The notes under the pieces: generated by a model | Database searches by the model: none | What the model was told of the DNA's origin: nothing | The model's input: only the letters and a program-made list of their open reading frames with translations | In this document: positions 11,361-25,323 of the stretch, one piece after another | How the letters are laid out: the number at the start of each line of letters is the position of its first letter | Numbering within the stretch: the first letter of the stretch is position 1 | Position numbers and translations under genes: made by a program | DNA from: Felis catus | Taxonomy: Eukaryota | Direction: 5' to 3' | DNA length: 64,000 bases | Assembly (NCBI RefSeq): GCF_018350175.1 | Contig: NC_058368.1 | Span: forward strand, 112,346,001-112,410,000

Positions 11361-13639
11361 TAAGGTAGCTGACTGTCTTCTGGGCTGCAACTTCATGAAT
11401 GGCTGCGTACATAGGAAAAATACAAAAATATGCACAGATTAATTTTAAGATAATAGGTACCTCTCAGGAAGGAGGGAAATAGAATTGTGGAGGGGTATAC
11501 AGAGTGCTTAAACTCTAAAATACTTAGTAAAAATGTGAGAAGGAAACATGTGAAAGTATTTGTTAATTATTAGAGGTAGATACATGGCTATTTGTTATAT
11601 GAATCTCTGTGCTTTTCTATATTTTTCAACAAATAGACACTATTTCTGTGTATTAACATCTCTTTCTTGTTATGCTTAATATTATAAGAGGCCTTGGGAT
11701 TTTCTACAGAAACATCCCCCTTTAAATAATTTGTCAGTAGCTGTGAGAGACTGAGATTGTGGCCCCAGTTCTTTTTACCCTTCCCTGAATCCACACCCTT
11801 CCCATGACTCTAAGGAGGCAGAAGGCCTTTCAAACATTTGGTATGTGTTTCAGCTGTATGACATGCTGTGACCGATCAAAGGAGACACAGTGACAGTTCG
11901 TGAGTACAGCTTGAGCCCTACGGGGTGTCGTGTCTTTCGCCTTCTTGTGTTCTGCCTTGGCCGTGCAGAGAGCCTTCCCAGACTAACCTGCTGGCCCCAG
12001 GAAGAGAGTAAAAGTCCCATGGAACAGAGTCACTGTAGCCAAGCCACCATAACTGAAGCCAGCCTAGCACACCCCTTAATTTATAGTAGAAAATCATCAG
12101 CTCTCACAGTTATTGAACAGAGTAAACGCCATGGTGTTCAAAGAACTATTACAGGAGCTGGAGCAAATATAAGCTAGCTAACCCAACAGTTGTTTGAAAG
12201 GCTGGCTAATGCCCGTTTTGAAGTGGTAGGAGGCACTGTCACTGTTCTCTTGTGTATCCTCCGTGACTGGAAGGAGTGTTGAGGTGGTTGCCGCGTGCTA
12301 GAGATCTTTTGATGAGAAACTCTGACCTATTCACAGTTTTGCATAAGACCTTTATCTTCTCTGAGCTCTACTTCCTCATAAGGAAATGTGTGTGGAAGTC
12401 AGGTGACTTGTTGGGCTACAGTTACTGAAGGGCATTTAACTTTTGCAAGACAGGCTCAACTATCGGCAGTAAATTGACCTCTCATTTCTCCCCCATGCTT
12501 TGACTGTTTTACTTTTCTCAGCACTTTCACCAAAGCCAGAGGGAACCTGGAGGAAGAGGAGAAATTCAAACTGGTTATAATTTAGCTTTGAGGGCAGTGG
12601 TGCTAAAGTCTACTTCTGGCATCGAGATTAACTAAAAGTTACTTGCCTCTTTCACCGCATCATTCCCCCGTCTAGTTAGAAGAGTTTGAGATAAAATTAC
12701 ATGAAAACTCATGCAATTCCAAGACTCAGATTGTTTCTTCCTCTTGCCCCGGCTTCTCTGTACCTGTCTCCTGCTTCCTCTGAGATGGGTAGTTCAATTC
12801 CAGAGTGAGAGGGTTGGTGGCTGTATTGCAGGAGCCAATGAACAAATTGCTTATGATAAAAACCACTGAATCGTATGCTTTTCTCTGATTAGCTAAAGAA
12901 AGCACTTGATTTTCTTCTCTCAGGGCTATTGTATCCTTTTGTTAATAGTTTCTTAATTGATTTTTAAGAAGTAGCTATATTACAGAACACTAAGTCACAG
13001 AAGAGTTGAAGTTTTGGGTATGTCTGAGTGCTTCCATTTGGGAACAATTTACGTGAAACCTTTTTGGTTTTCCTTAACTGTGGGAATAGTGGGCTAGAGG
13101 GTGAAGATATAATTTCTTTGGTAGCTTTAATCTTTGATTTGATCTGCAGTTTGGAGGCCTTTGTGAAAGAGAGGAGGCCAGCGTGCTTTGCAAAGGGTTG
13201 TTGGCCTGGGGACCTGACCAAACGCACTGGCTCCTTCCTTCTGTGTTTCACTAAAATGAACCTACCTAGAAATAGCATGCTGTGTTAAGCTACTGATTTA
13301 TTAAACAAATGCCTTCAGAAATCTGAAATTAGTCCAGAACTGCTCTGCTAAAGTCTGTCCTAGTCATGATAAGAATGAAGAAGGCATTAAATACAAGTTG
13401 TGGCCAGTAGAGCCTTAGCCTCATGATGAGGCCTTGTGTGTCACTTTCCATCTCTGATTTAAGAATGCCGAATGAACATTTAAATCCATTCTACCTTCTC
13501 CCACCCCCTTCCCCTCACTCCTGCCACCTCCCACAAATCCTCTGTGCGGACAGACAACGGTAACAATTGCAAGTATGACACATTAGTCACCACAGCTTTG
13601 GGAAGTGCAGTTAGCAAAGGGGAGGGGTTTGATTACAAA

Positions 13640-13903
13640 AATCATTTTATTTTTATTTATGTATTTATTTTATTTCTTTTTCTTTTTAAATGTACTTTTA
13701 ATGTTTATTTTTGAGAGAGAGAGAGAGTGCGCATATGAGTGTGGAAGAGGGGCAGAAAGAGACAGAGACACAGAATCTGAAGCAGGCTCCAAGCTCTGAA
13801 GTGTTAGCACAGAGCCCGACTTGGGGCTCAGACCCACAAACCATGTGATCATGACCTGAGCCAAAGTTGGACACTTAACCAACTGAGCCACCCAGGATCC
13901 CCC
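13640..13903 (-). mobile_element. Can-SINE
   Basis: Reverse-complement SINE body with long T-rich tail. Confidence 0.9.
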
Positions 13904-14089
13904 CCAAAAATAATTTTAATATGGAGAATCATTCCTAAGTTTTCCAATGTATGGGGCAGTTGACTTATCCTAGAAAACAGGAACTTGAAGCATTTTCTAA
14001 TAAGCCATTTACTTTTTCACTCACAGGATAATGGGGGAGGGGGGGAGGGGACAGGTTGTGATTCCTAAAACCGGCATTAGATTTTATTT

Positions 14090-14295
14090 GCTTTTTTTTT
14101 TTTTAATGTTTTATTTATTCTTGACAGAGCATAAGTGAGGGAGGGGCAGAGAGAGAGGGAGACACAGAATCTGAAGCAGGCTCCAGGCTCTGAGCTGTCA
14201 GCACAGAGCCCGACGCGGGGCTCGAACTCACAGACCATGAGATCATGACCTGAGTGGAAGTTGGAGCTCAACCGACTGAGCCCCCCAGGCGCCCT
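14090..14295 (-). mobile_element. Can-SINE
   Basis: SINE body flanked by gattttatttgcttt direct repeats. Confidence 0.9.
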
Positions 14296-14641
14296 GGATT
14301 TTATTTGCTTTAAATTAAGTTGTAAACTCCTGAAAAGGGAAAGCTCTTTTTATGAAATGTAGACATACAACACAACTTTGTGTCATGTCTAACACAGTAT
14401 TTCAAGGTTAGAGGGATGTGGCCAGGAGGTTTGCTGACTAGAGGCTTCTGAGGGAATATTATCTGTGTCAGAGTGGCAACTGTGAAGTGCAGGTACCATT
14501 ACTTTCCTGCCTACATCCAAGGCAGACATTACTTATCAAGCACGGTCATCTGTCAAACTCTACTCAGATGTGTCCTCATGATCTTGCTCCTCACAGAGTC
14601 TTTCCCAACTGGGAAAGCATCTTGATTAACATCTACTTCTC

Positions 14642-14872
14642 AGGGCGCCTGGGTAGCTCAGTCGGTTATGCGTCCAACTTTGGCACAGGTCATAATTTCA
14701 CAGTTCGTGAGTTCAAGCCCTCCTTGGGCTCCATGGTGACAGCTCAGAGCCTGGAGCCTGCTTCAGATTCTGTGTCTCCCTCTCTCTCCACCCCTCCCCC
14801 GTTCACGTGCTCATGTGCGTGCTCTCTCTCAAAAATAAACATTAAAAAAATTACAAATAAAAATAAAATAAA
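14642..14872 (+). mobile_element. Can-SINE
   Basis: gggcgcctgggtagctcagtcggtta head; atctactt direct repeats. Confidence 0.9.
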
Positions 14873-16988
14873 ATCTACTTGTCATTCTTGATTGAGGTAA
14901 ATTTATCTTAATCCAGAGTTTGCTCTTATTTATTTTATTTTATTTTACTTTATTTATTTATTTATTTATTTATTTTGTATTTGTATTTGTATTTTTTTCA
15001 GTATCCCAGACTCAGACACAGGCAGGGTGAGTGACTCAAATTCATCAAGTTACTGGAAGATAAATGAACACAGAGGTAGATAGATAAGTAGGTATGACTT
15101 TCATTGGAGGTGATTCCTATCTACTGAGGGGTTGTACTCCCTTCTTGATGTTGGAGCCCTTGGAGAAGTGGTTTGATCAATTTGGAATGAGAACAATAAG
15201 AGATAAAGAATTTTAAGGGCTTTTCCAACCAACTATGTGGAATCTTTTAAATTTTTTCCTCTTGATTAAATGGACTAGAAAACATGTCCCTCTTGAGTGA
15301 CACCAAATGCACCCATGAACCTCTGTCTCTTTGATTCCCTTTCTGGCACCCTAAGCCCATGTTTTTCAACTGGGAGTACCTGGATGTAGGCCAGGTAACA
15401 CAAAAGCAGTGACACTCGGTATCTGTTTTTTTAGGATTTGGGAGTGGGGCGAGAGGAAGAGGAATAACCATTATTTATTTACTATAGTAAGTGTGTTTTT
15501 TTATATCTGCTGACATATTAAATATTTTTAAATTAATATTTAATTTATATATTATAAAATTTACCCTTTTAAATTTTGTAAAATTTATTTTAAATTAAAT
15601 AAAAGCCTTTTTTAGTCTGTTTACAAAATCACACAAATATTACCAGAACTTTTGTCACCCCCAAATGAAAAACCATACACGTTAGTAACCACTCCCCATT
15701 CCTACTATCCCCAGCTCCTGGCACCTGTTGATCTACTTTTCCTCTTTTTGAATTTGCCTATTCTGGACATTTCATATAAATGAAATCCTTCAATATGTGG
15801 CCTTTCCTGTCTGGTTTCTTTCACTTAACATAATGTGTTCAGGGTTCATGTTGTAATATGTATCAGAACTTTATTCCTTTTTATGATTGGATAATAGTCC
15901 AGTGCATGAACATACTACATTTTGTAGTTGATGGATATTTGGAAGGTCTCCACTTTTGGCTATTATGAATAATGCTGTTATAAACAATCAGCTACAAGCT
16001 TTTGTGTGGCCATGTGTCTTCAGTTCCCTTGGGTCTGTCCCTAGGAGTGGAATTGCTGTGTGTTTAACTTTTTGAGGAACTGTTAACCTGTTATCCAAAG
16101 CAGGTGCATCAGTTTACATTTGCACCAACAATGCATGAAAGTTCCATCTTCTCCATGTCTTTACCAATGCTTGTTATTATCTCTTTTTGTTTTTTTAATG
16201 TTTATTTTTGAGAGAGAGACAGAGTGTAAGTAGGGGAGGGCCAGAGAGAGAGGGAGACACAGAATCTGAAGCAGGCTCCAGGCTCTGAGCTGTCAGCACA
16301 GAGCCCGAGGGGGCCATGAGGTCATGACCTGACATGAAGTTGGTTGCTCAACTGACTGAGCCACCCAGGTGCCCCTTATTATCTCTCTTTTTAATTGTAG
16401 CTATTCTAGGGGATACAAAGTGGTATCTAATTGTGGTTTGGATTTGAATTTCTCTCATAACCAATGAGGTTGAACACCTTTACGTGTGCTTATTGCCCAT
16501 TTGTATATCTTCCTTGGAGAAATGTCTTATTTAAATCTTTTGCCAAGTTTTCAATTGAGTCATCTAACCTTTTATTGTTGAGTTGTAAGAGTTATTTTTT
16601 ATCTTCTAGGTACTAGTCTTTGTCAGATACATGATTTCCAAATATTTGGTTTCACCATATGTGTTGTCTTTTCACTTTCTTGATGGTGTTTTTTGAAGGT
16701 CAGAAGTTTTTTTTTTTTATTTTTTTTATTTATTTTTTTTAGTTTATTTTTTTATTTTTTTTTTATATATATGAAATTTATTGACAAATTGGTTTCCATA
16801 CAACACCCAGTGCTCATCCCAAAAGGTGCCCTCCTCAATCCCCATCACCCACCCTCTCCTCCCTCCCACCCCCCATCAACCCTCAGTTTGTTCTCAGTTT
16901 TTAAGAGTCTCTTATGCTTTGGCTCTCTCCCACTCTAACCTTTTTTTTTTTTTTCCTTCCCCTCCCCCATGGGTTCCTGTTAAGTTTC

Positions 16989-19900
16989 TCAGGATCCACA
17001 TAAGAGTGAAACCATATGGTATCTGTCTTTCTCTGTATGGCTTATTTCACTTAGCATCACACTCTCCAGTTCCATCCACGTTGCTACAAAAGGCCATATT
17101 TCATTTTTTCTCATTGCCACGTAATATTCCATTGTGTATATAAACCACAATTTCTTTATCCATTCATCAGTTGATGGACATTTAGGCTCTTTCCATAATT
17201 TGGCTATTGTTGAGAGTGCTGCTATGAACATTGGGGTACAAGTGGCCCTATGCATCAGTACTCCTGTATCCCTTGGATAAATTCCTAGCAGTGCTATTGC
17301 TGGGTCATAGGGTAGGTCTATTTTTAATTTTCTGAGGAACCTCCACACTGCTTTCCAGAGCGGCTGCACCAATTTGCATTCCCACCAACAGTGCAAGAGG
17401 GTTCCCGTTTCTCCACATCCTCTCCAGCATCTATAGTCTCCTGATTTGCTCATTTTGGCCACTCTGACTGGCGTGAGGTGATACCTGAGTGTGGTTTTGA
17501 TTTGTATTTCCCTGATAAGGAGCGACGCTGAACATCTTTTCATGTGCCTGTTGGCCATCCGGATGTCTTCTTTAGAGAAGTGTCTATTCATGTTTTCTGC
17601 CCATTTCTTCACTGGGTTATTTGTTTTTCGGGTGTGGAGTTTGGTGAGCTCTTTATAGATTTTGGATGCTAGCCCTTTGTCCGATATGTCATTTGCGAAT
17701 ATCTTTTCCCATTCCGTTGGTTGCCTTTTAGTTTTGTTGGTTGTTTCCTTTGCTGTGCAGAAGCTTTTTATCTTCATAAGGTCCCAGTAATTCATTTTTG
17801 CTTTTAATTCCCTTGCCTTTGGGGATGTGTCGAGTAAGAGATTGCTACGGCTGAGGTCAGAGAGGTCTTTTCCTGCTTTCTCCTCTAAGGTTTTGATGGT
17901 TTCCTGTCTCACATTCAGGTCCTTTATCCATTTTGAGTTTATTTTTGTGAATGGTGTGAGAAAGTGGTCTAGTTTCAACCTTCTGCATGTTGCTGTCCAG
18001 TTCTCCCAGCACCATTTGTTAAAGAGGCTGTCTTTTTTCCATTGGATGTTCTTTCCTGCTTTGTCAAAGATGAGTTGGCCATACGTTTGTGGGTCTAGTT
18101 TTGGGTCTATTCTATTCCATTGGTCTATGTGTCTGTTTTTGTGCCAATACCATGCTGTCTTGATGATGACAGCTTTGTAGTAGAGGCTAAAGTCTGGGAT
18201 TGTGATGCCTCCTGCTTTGGTCTTCTTCTTCAAAATTCCTTTGGCTATTCAGGGCCTTTTGTGGTTCCATATGAATTTTAGGATTGCTTGTTCTAGTTTC
18301 GAGAAGAATGCTGGTGCAATTTTGATTGGGATTGCATTGAATGTGTAGATAGCTTTGGGTAGTATTGACATTTTGACAATATTTATTTTTCCAATCCATG
18401 AGCAGGGAATGTCTTTCCATTTCTTTAAATCTTCTTCAATTTCCTTCATAAGCTTTCTATAGTTTTCAGCATACAGATCCTTTACATCCTTGGTTAGATT
18501 TATTCCTAGGTATTTTATGCTTCTTGGTGCAATTGTGAATGGGATCAGTTTCTTTATTTGTCTTTCTGTTGCTTCATTGTTAGTGTATAAGAATGCAACT
18601 GATTTCTGTACATTGATTTTGTATCCTGCAACTTTGCTGAATTCCTGTATCAGTTCTAGCAGACTTTTGGTGGAATCTATCGGATTTTCCATGTATAATA
18701 TGTCATCTGCAAAAAGCGAAAGCTTGACTTCATCTTTGCCAATTTTGATGCCTTTGATTTCCTTTTGTTGTCTGATTGCTGATGCTAGAACTTCCAGCAC
18801 TATGTTAAACAGCAGCGGTGATAGTGAGCATCCTTGTCGTGTTCCTGATCTCAGGGAAAAAGCTCTCAGTTTTTCCCCGTTGAGGATGATGTTAGCTGTG
18901 GGCTTTTCATAAATGGCTTTTATGATCTTTAAGTATGTTCCTTCTATCCCGACTTTCTCAAGGGTTTTTATTAAGAAAGGGTGCTGGATTTTGTCAAAGG
19001 CCTTTTCTGCATCGATTGACAGGATCATATGGTTCTTCTCTTTTTTTTTTTTGTTAATGTGATGTATCATGTTGATTGATTTGCGAATGTTGAACCAGCC
19101 CTGCATCCCAGGAATGAATCCCACTTGATCATGGTGAATAATTCTTTTTATATGCCGTTGAATTCGATTTGCTAGTATCTTATTGAGAATTTTTGCATCC
19201 ATATTCATCAGGGATATTGGCCTGTAGTTCTCTTTTTTTACTGGGTCTCTGTCTGGTTTAGGAATCCAAGTAATACTGGCTTCATAGAATGAGTCTGGAA
19301 GTTTTCCTTCCCTTTCTATTTCTTGGAATAGCTTGAGAAGGATAGGTATTATCTCTGCTTTAAATGTCTGGTAGAACTCCCCTGGGAAGCCATCTGGTCC
19401 TGGACTCTTATTTGTTGGGAGATTTTTGATAACCGATTCAATTTCTTCGCTGGTTATGGGTCTGTTCAAGCTTTCTATTTCCTCCTGATTGAGTTTTGGA
19501 AGAGTGTGGGTGTTCAGGAATTAGTCCATTTCTTCCAGGTTGTCCAATTTGTTGGCATATAATTTTTCATAGTATTCCCTGATAATTGTTTGTATCTCTG
19601 AGGGATTGGTTGTAATAATTCCATTTTCATTCATGATTTTATCTATTTGGGTCATCTCCCTTTTCTTTTTGAGAAGCCTGGCTAGAGGTTTGTCAATTTT
19701 GTTTATTTTTTCAAAAAACCAACTCTTGGTTTCATTGATCTGCTCTACAGTTTTTTTAGATTCTATATTGTTTATTTCTGCTCTGATCTTTATTATTTCT
19801 CTTCTTCTGCTGGGTTTAGGCTGCCTTTGCTGTTCTGCTTCTAGTTCCTTTAGGTGTGCTGTTAGATTTTGTATTTGGGATTTTTCTTGTTTCTTGAGAT

Positions 19901-20810
19901 AGGCCTGGATTGCAATGCATTTTCCTCTCAGGACTGCCTTCGCTGCGTCCCAAAGCATTTGGATTGTTGTATTTTCATTTTCGTTTGTTTCCATATATTT
20001 TTTAATTTCTTCTCTAATTGCCTGGTTGACCCACTCATTCGTTAGTAGGGTGTTCTTTAACCTCCATGCTTTTGGAGGTTTTCCAGACTTTTTTCTGTGG
20101 TTGATTTCAAGCTTCATAGCATTGTGGTCTGAAAGTATGCATGGTATAATTTCAATTCTTGTAAGCTTATGAAGGGCTGTTTTGTGACCCAGTATATGAT
20201 CTATCTTGGAGAATGTTCCATGTGCACTCGAGAAGAAAGTATATTCTGTTGCTTTGGGATGTAGAGTTCTAAATATATCTGTCAAGTCCATCTGACGCAA
20301 TGTCTCATTCAGGGCCCTTGTTTCTTTATTGACCGTGTGTCTAGATGATCTATCCATTTCTGTAAGTGGGGTGTTAAAGTCCCCTGCAATTACCACATTC
20401 TTCTCAATAAGGTTGTTTATGTTTATGAGTAATTGTTTTATATATTTGGGGGCTCCAGTATTCGGCACATAGACATTTATAATTGTTAGCTCTTCCTGAT
20501 GGATAGACCCTGTAACTATTATATAATGTCCTTCTTCATCTCTTGTTACAGCCTTTAATTTAAAGTCTAGTTTGTCTGATATAAGTATGGCTACTCCAGC
20601 TTTCTTTTGGCTTCCAGTCGCATGATAAATACTTCTCCGTCCCCTCACTCTCAATCTAAAGGTGTCCTCAGGTCTAAAATGAGTCTCTTGTAGGCAGCAA
20701 ATAGATGGGTCTTGTTTTTTTATCCATTCTGATACCCTATGTCTTTTGGTTGGCGCATTTAATCCATTTACATTCAGTGTTATTATAGAAAGATACGGGT
20801 TTAGAGTCAT
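16989..20810 (-). pseudogene. L1 ORF2p, interrupted by two in-frame stops
   Basis: [18 protein letters not shown] start at 20810; the three ORF-track segments share one frame, broken by TAA (19523-19521) and TGA (18251-18249). The RT motif reads LFADDILY, lacking the usual Met after FADD. Confidence 0.92.
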
Positions 20811-20860
20811 TGTGATGTCTGTATGTTTTATGCTTGTAGTGATGTCTCTGGGACTTTGTC

Positions 20861-21755
20861 TCACAGGGTCCCCCTTAGGATCTCTTGTAGGGCTGGTTTA
20901 GTGGTGACAAATTCCTTCAGTTTTTGTTTGTTTGGGAAGACCTTTATCTCTCCTTCTATTCTAAATGACAGACTTGCTGGATAAAGGATTCTCGGCTGCA
21001 TATTTTTTCTGTCTAGCACCCTGAAAATCTCGTGCCAATTCTTTCTGGCCTGCCAAGTTTCAAAAGAGAGATCAGTCACGAGTCTTATAGGTCTCCCTTT
21101 ATATGTGAGGGCACGTTTACCCCTTGCTGCTTTCAGAATTTTCTCTTTATCCTTGTATTTTGCCAGTTTCACTATGATATGTCGTGCAGAAGATCGATTC
21201 AAGTTACGTCTGAAGGGAGTTCTCTGTGCCTCTTGGATTTCAATGCCTTTTTCCTTCCCCAATTCAGGGAAGTTCTCAGCTATTATTTCTTCAAGTACCC
21301 CTTCAGCACCTTTCCCTCTCTCTTCCTCCTCTGGGATACCAATTATGCGTATATTATTTCTTTTTAGTGTATCACTTAGTTCTCTAATTTTCCCTTCATA
21401 CTCCTGGATTTTTTTATCTCTCTTTTTCTCAGCTTCCTCTTTTTCCATGACTTTATCCTCTAGTTCACCTATTCTCTCCCCTGCCTCTTCAAGCCGAGCT
21501 ATGGTGGTTTCCATTTTGTTATGCATTTCGTTTAAAGCGTTTTTCAGCTCCTCGTGACTGTTCCTTAGTCCCTTGATCTCTGTAGCAAGAGATTCTCTGC
21601 TGTCCTGTATACTGTTTTCAAGCCCAGCGATTAATTTTATGACTATTATTCTAAATTCACTTTTCTGTTATATTATTTAAATCCTTTTTGATCAGCTCAT
21701 TAGCTGTTGTTATTTCCTGGAGATTCTTCTGAGGGGAATTCTTCCGCTTGGTTAT
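20861..21755 (-). pseudogene. L1 ORF1p, disrupted
   Basis: C-terminal 221 aa open (ORF 20861..21526). The upstream part reads ATA-ACC-AAG-CGG-AAG-AAT (apparent ATG>ATA at 21755-21753) and is out of frame at an A-run near 21661-21664. Confidence 0.85.
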
Positions 21756-22662
21756 TTTGGATAGTCCCTGGCGTGGTGAGGACCTGCAGGGCACTTCCCC
21801 TGTGCTGTGGTGTATAACTGGAGTCGGTGGGCGGGGCCGCAGTCAGACCTGATGTCTGCCCCCAGCCCACCGCTGGGGCCACAGTCAGACTGGTGTGTGC
21901 CTTCTCTTCCCCTCTCCTAGGGGCGGGATTCACTGTGGGGTGGTGTGGCCCATCTGGGCTACTTGCACACTGCCAGGCTTGTGGTGCTGGGGATCTGGCG
22001 TATTAGCTGGGGTGGGTAGGCAAGGTGCACGGGGGCAGGAGGGGCAGGCTTAGCTCGCTTCTCCTTAGGTGATCCACTTCAGGAGGGGCCCTGGGGCAGC
22101 GGGAGGGAGTCAGATCTGCTGCTGGAGGTTTGGCTCCGCAGAAGCGCAGAGTTGGGTGTTTGTGAGGAGTGAGCAAGTTCCCTGGCAGGAACGGGTTCCC
22201 TTTGGGATTTTGGCTGGGGGGTGGGCGGGGGAGATGGCGCTGGCGAGCGCCTTTGTTCCCCACCAAACTGAGCTCTGTTGTCAGGGGGCTCAGCAGCTCT
22301 CCCTCCCTTTGTCCTCCAGCCTTCCCGCTTTCTGAGCAGAGCTGTTAACTTATGACCTCCCAGACGCTAAGTCGCGCTTGTTGTGGGAACACAGTCCGTC
22401 AGGCCCCTCCGCTTTTGCCAGCCAGACTCGGAGGCTCTGCTTGGCCAGCGAGCCGCCCCTCCGCCCCGGCTCCCTCCCGCCAGTCCGTGGAGCGCGCACC
22501 GCCTCGCCGCCCTTCCTACCCTCTTCCGTGGGCCTCTCGTCTGTGTTTGGCTCCGACGACTCCGTTCTGCTAATCCTCTGGCGGTTTTCTGGGTTATTTA
22601 GGCAGGTGTAGGTGGAATCTAAGTGATCAGCAGGACGTGCGGTGAGCCCAGCGTCCTCCTAA

Positions 22663-22674
22663 GCCGCCATCTTG
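22663..22674 (-). promoter_or_regulatory. YY1 site at the L1 5' end; CpG-rich internal promoter spans ~21760-22680
   Basis: CAAGATGGCGGC on the minus strand, about 10 nt from the element start, as in mammalian L1 promoters. Confidence 0.85.
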
Positions 22675-25284
22675 CAAACCTCAAAGGTCAGAAGTTTTTA
22701 ATTTTAGTGAAGTTTACTGTATTTTTTTTTTCCTTTGGCTGCTGGTGTTGCAGGTGTCATATCTAAAAAAAATCATTTTCTGATCCAAGGTCATGAAGAT
22801 TTATGCCTTTGTTTTATTCTAAGAGTGTTAAATTTTACATTTAGGTCTTTGATTCATCTTGAGTTAATTTTTATATATGGTGTGAAGTAGGGGTTCCAAA
22901 TTTATCTTTTTGTATGTAGCTATCTGGTTTTTCTAGCACCGTTTGTTAAAAAGACATATCATTTCCCTCCTGTAATTTTGTTTTATTTATTTTTATTTTA
23001 TTTTGTTTTATTAAAAATTTTTTTAACGTTTATTCATTTTTGATAGACACAGAACGCAAGTGGGGGAGAGGCAGAGAAAGAGGGAGACACAGAATCTGAA
23101 GGGAGCCTCAGGGGCTCTGAACTGTCAGCACAGAGCCTGGTGCAAGGCTCGAATCCACAAACTGTGAGATCATGACCTGTCCTGAAATGGGACATTTAAC
23201 TGACTGAGCCATCCAGGAACCCCTCGTGTAATTTTATTTTCTGTACCCTTGTTGGAATTCTGTACTCTTGATTCTGTTTCATTGATCTATATGTCTGCCC
23301 CATGCCAATAATGCACAGACTTGACTATGCTTTCTAGTAAATTTTGAAATCAGGAAGTATGAGTCTTCCAACTTTTTATTTTCAAAAATTGTTTTGGTTA
23401 TTCTGGATTCTTTATATTTTCATATGAATTTTACAATCAGCTCATCAGTTTCTGGAAAAAGACTGACAGGTGGCTGAAATTTTGATAGAGATTGAGTTGA
23501 ATCTGTAGATCTGTCTGGGAAGTATTGTCATCTTAATGATATTAACCCTCCAAGTTTTTTTTTAATTTCTTAAATGTTTATTTATTTTTAAGAGAGGGAG
23601 AGAGACAGAGCCTGAGTGGGGAAAGGGTAGAAAGAGGGAGACAAAGAATCTGAAGCAGGCTCCGGGCTCTGAGCTGTCAGAGCAGAGCCCGATGCGGGGC
23701 TTGAACTCACAGACCCTGAGATCATGACCTGAGCCGAAGTCAGACACTCAACCGACTGAGCCACCCAGGCTCCCCTCCCCAAGTTTTGAACATTTATTTA
23801 GGTCCTCTTTAATTTATTTCAGTGAGTTTTGTAGTTTTCAAGGTATACATCTTACACTTCATTTGTTAAATGTATTACTAAGTATTTTATGGTTTTTGCT
23901 GCTCTTACAAATGGAATTTTTTTTAAGTTTTTTAAAAATGTTTATTCATTTTTGAGAGACAGAGAGAGACAGAGTGCGAGTGGAGGAGGCACAGAGAGAG
24001 GGAGAGACACCGAATCTGAAGCAGGCTCCAGACTCTGAGCTGTCAGCACAGAGCTCTATGTGGGGCTCGAACTCACCAACCGTGAGATTATGGCCTGAGC
24101 CGAAGTCATATGCTCAACTGCCTAAGCCACACAGGTGCCCCAAATGGAATTGTTTTCTTAAGTGCATTCTCATATTTTTCCTTCCTAGTGCATGGAAATG
24201 CAACTGCTTTTTGTATATATATCTTTTGTCGTACAATTTTGCCAAATTAATTTATTAGCTCTAAGAGTTTTCATTTTTTTGATGGATTCCTTAGATTTTT
24301 TTTATATATACAAGCTTATATCATCTGCAAATAGGCCTTTCTATTCCCCTGTTCCTCATTACTACCTTCTTTTGTGTGCAGTAGATATTTTCTAGTGTAC
24401 CTTTTATTTCCATGTCATTTCTTTTACCATATATTTTTCAGTTCTTAATGGTTACCCTGGTAATTAAAACTTAACTTTAACAGTCTAATTCAGATTAATA
24501 CCAACTGAATTGCAATCATATACAAAAAGTTTCCCCCATATAGCTCCATTCTGTCACTCCTCTTCTTTGCTTTGTCATACAAATTATACCTGTATCTATT
24601 GTGTGCTCATCAACACCCAGATTTAGAATTATTGCTTTATTCACCTATGTAGTTACTTCACTGGTACTTTTTATTTATTTATTTTTTTATGGGTTCGAGT
24701 TATTATTTAGTGTCCTGTCATTTCTGCCTGAAGGACTTTCTTAGCATTTCCTGTAGAGCAGGTCTTTTAGCAACAAATTCTCTCCAGTTTTGATTATCTG
24801 CAAATATCTTAACTTATTCATTTTTGAAGGATAGTTTTGCCAGTTGTAGAATTCTTATTTAGCAGGTGTTTTTCTTTCAGTACTTTCAGTTTTGTTTTGT
24901 TTTTGTTTTGTTTTCTGTACTATGTCCTCCCAATGCCTTTTGGCCTCCGCAGTTTCTGATGATAAATCAACTGTTAGCCTCCTTGAGAATTCCTTATATG
25001 TGATGGTTGCTTTCAAGATTCTGTTTTTGCCTTTGTCTTTTGATTGTTTGAGTATGATGTGTCTGGTCTCTGAGTTTTTGAGTTTTCCTTACCTAGATTT
25101 TGTTGAGCTCCTTAGTTGTGTACATTAATGTTTTTCATCAGATTTGAGAAGTTTCCAGCCGTTATTTCTTTAGATACTCTTTCTGTCTTTCTCTTTCTCT
25201 CTCCTGTCCTTCTGGGACTCTGTTATGCATATATTGGTATTCTTGAGGATGCTGCACAGGTCTCTGAGCCTCTGTTCATTTGTC

Positions 25285-25286
<2 letters not shown>

Positions 25287-25322
<36 letters not shown>
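25287..25322. repeat. (TAT)n microsatellite
   Basis: Direct reading. Confidence 0.95.

Positions 25323-25323
<1 letters not shown>

Larger units (their letters stand above)
16712..22683 (-). mobile_element. Full-length (~6 kb) young feline-type LINE-1, disabled
   Basis: CpG-rich 5' UTR, ORF1, ORF2 (APE endonuclease, RT, C-terminal Cys-rich domain), 3' UTR and A-rich tail; TSD aaggtcagaagttttt at 16696-16711 and 22684-22699. Confidence 0.98.

Noticed and set aside
19521..20864. Apparent ORF1-ORF2 overlap with an N-terminally extended ORF2
   Set aside because: The ORF-track start at 20864 is a GTG overlapping the ORF1 stop; the conventional ATG is at 20810, after a ~50-nt spacer.
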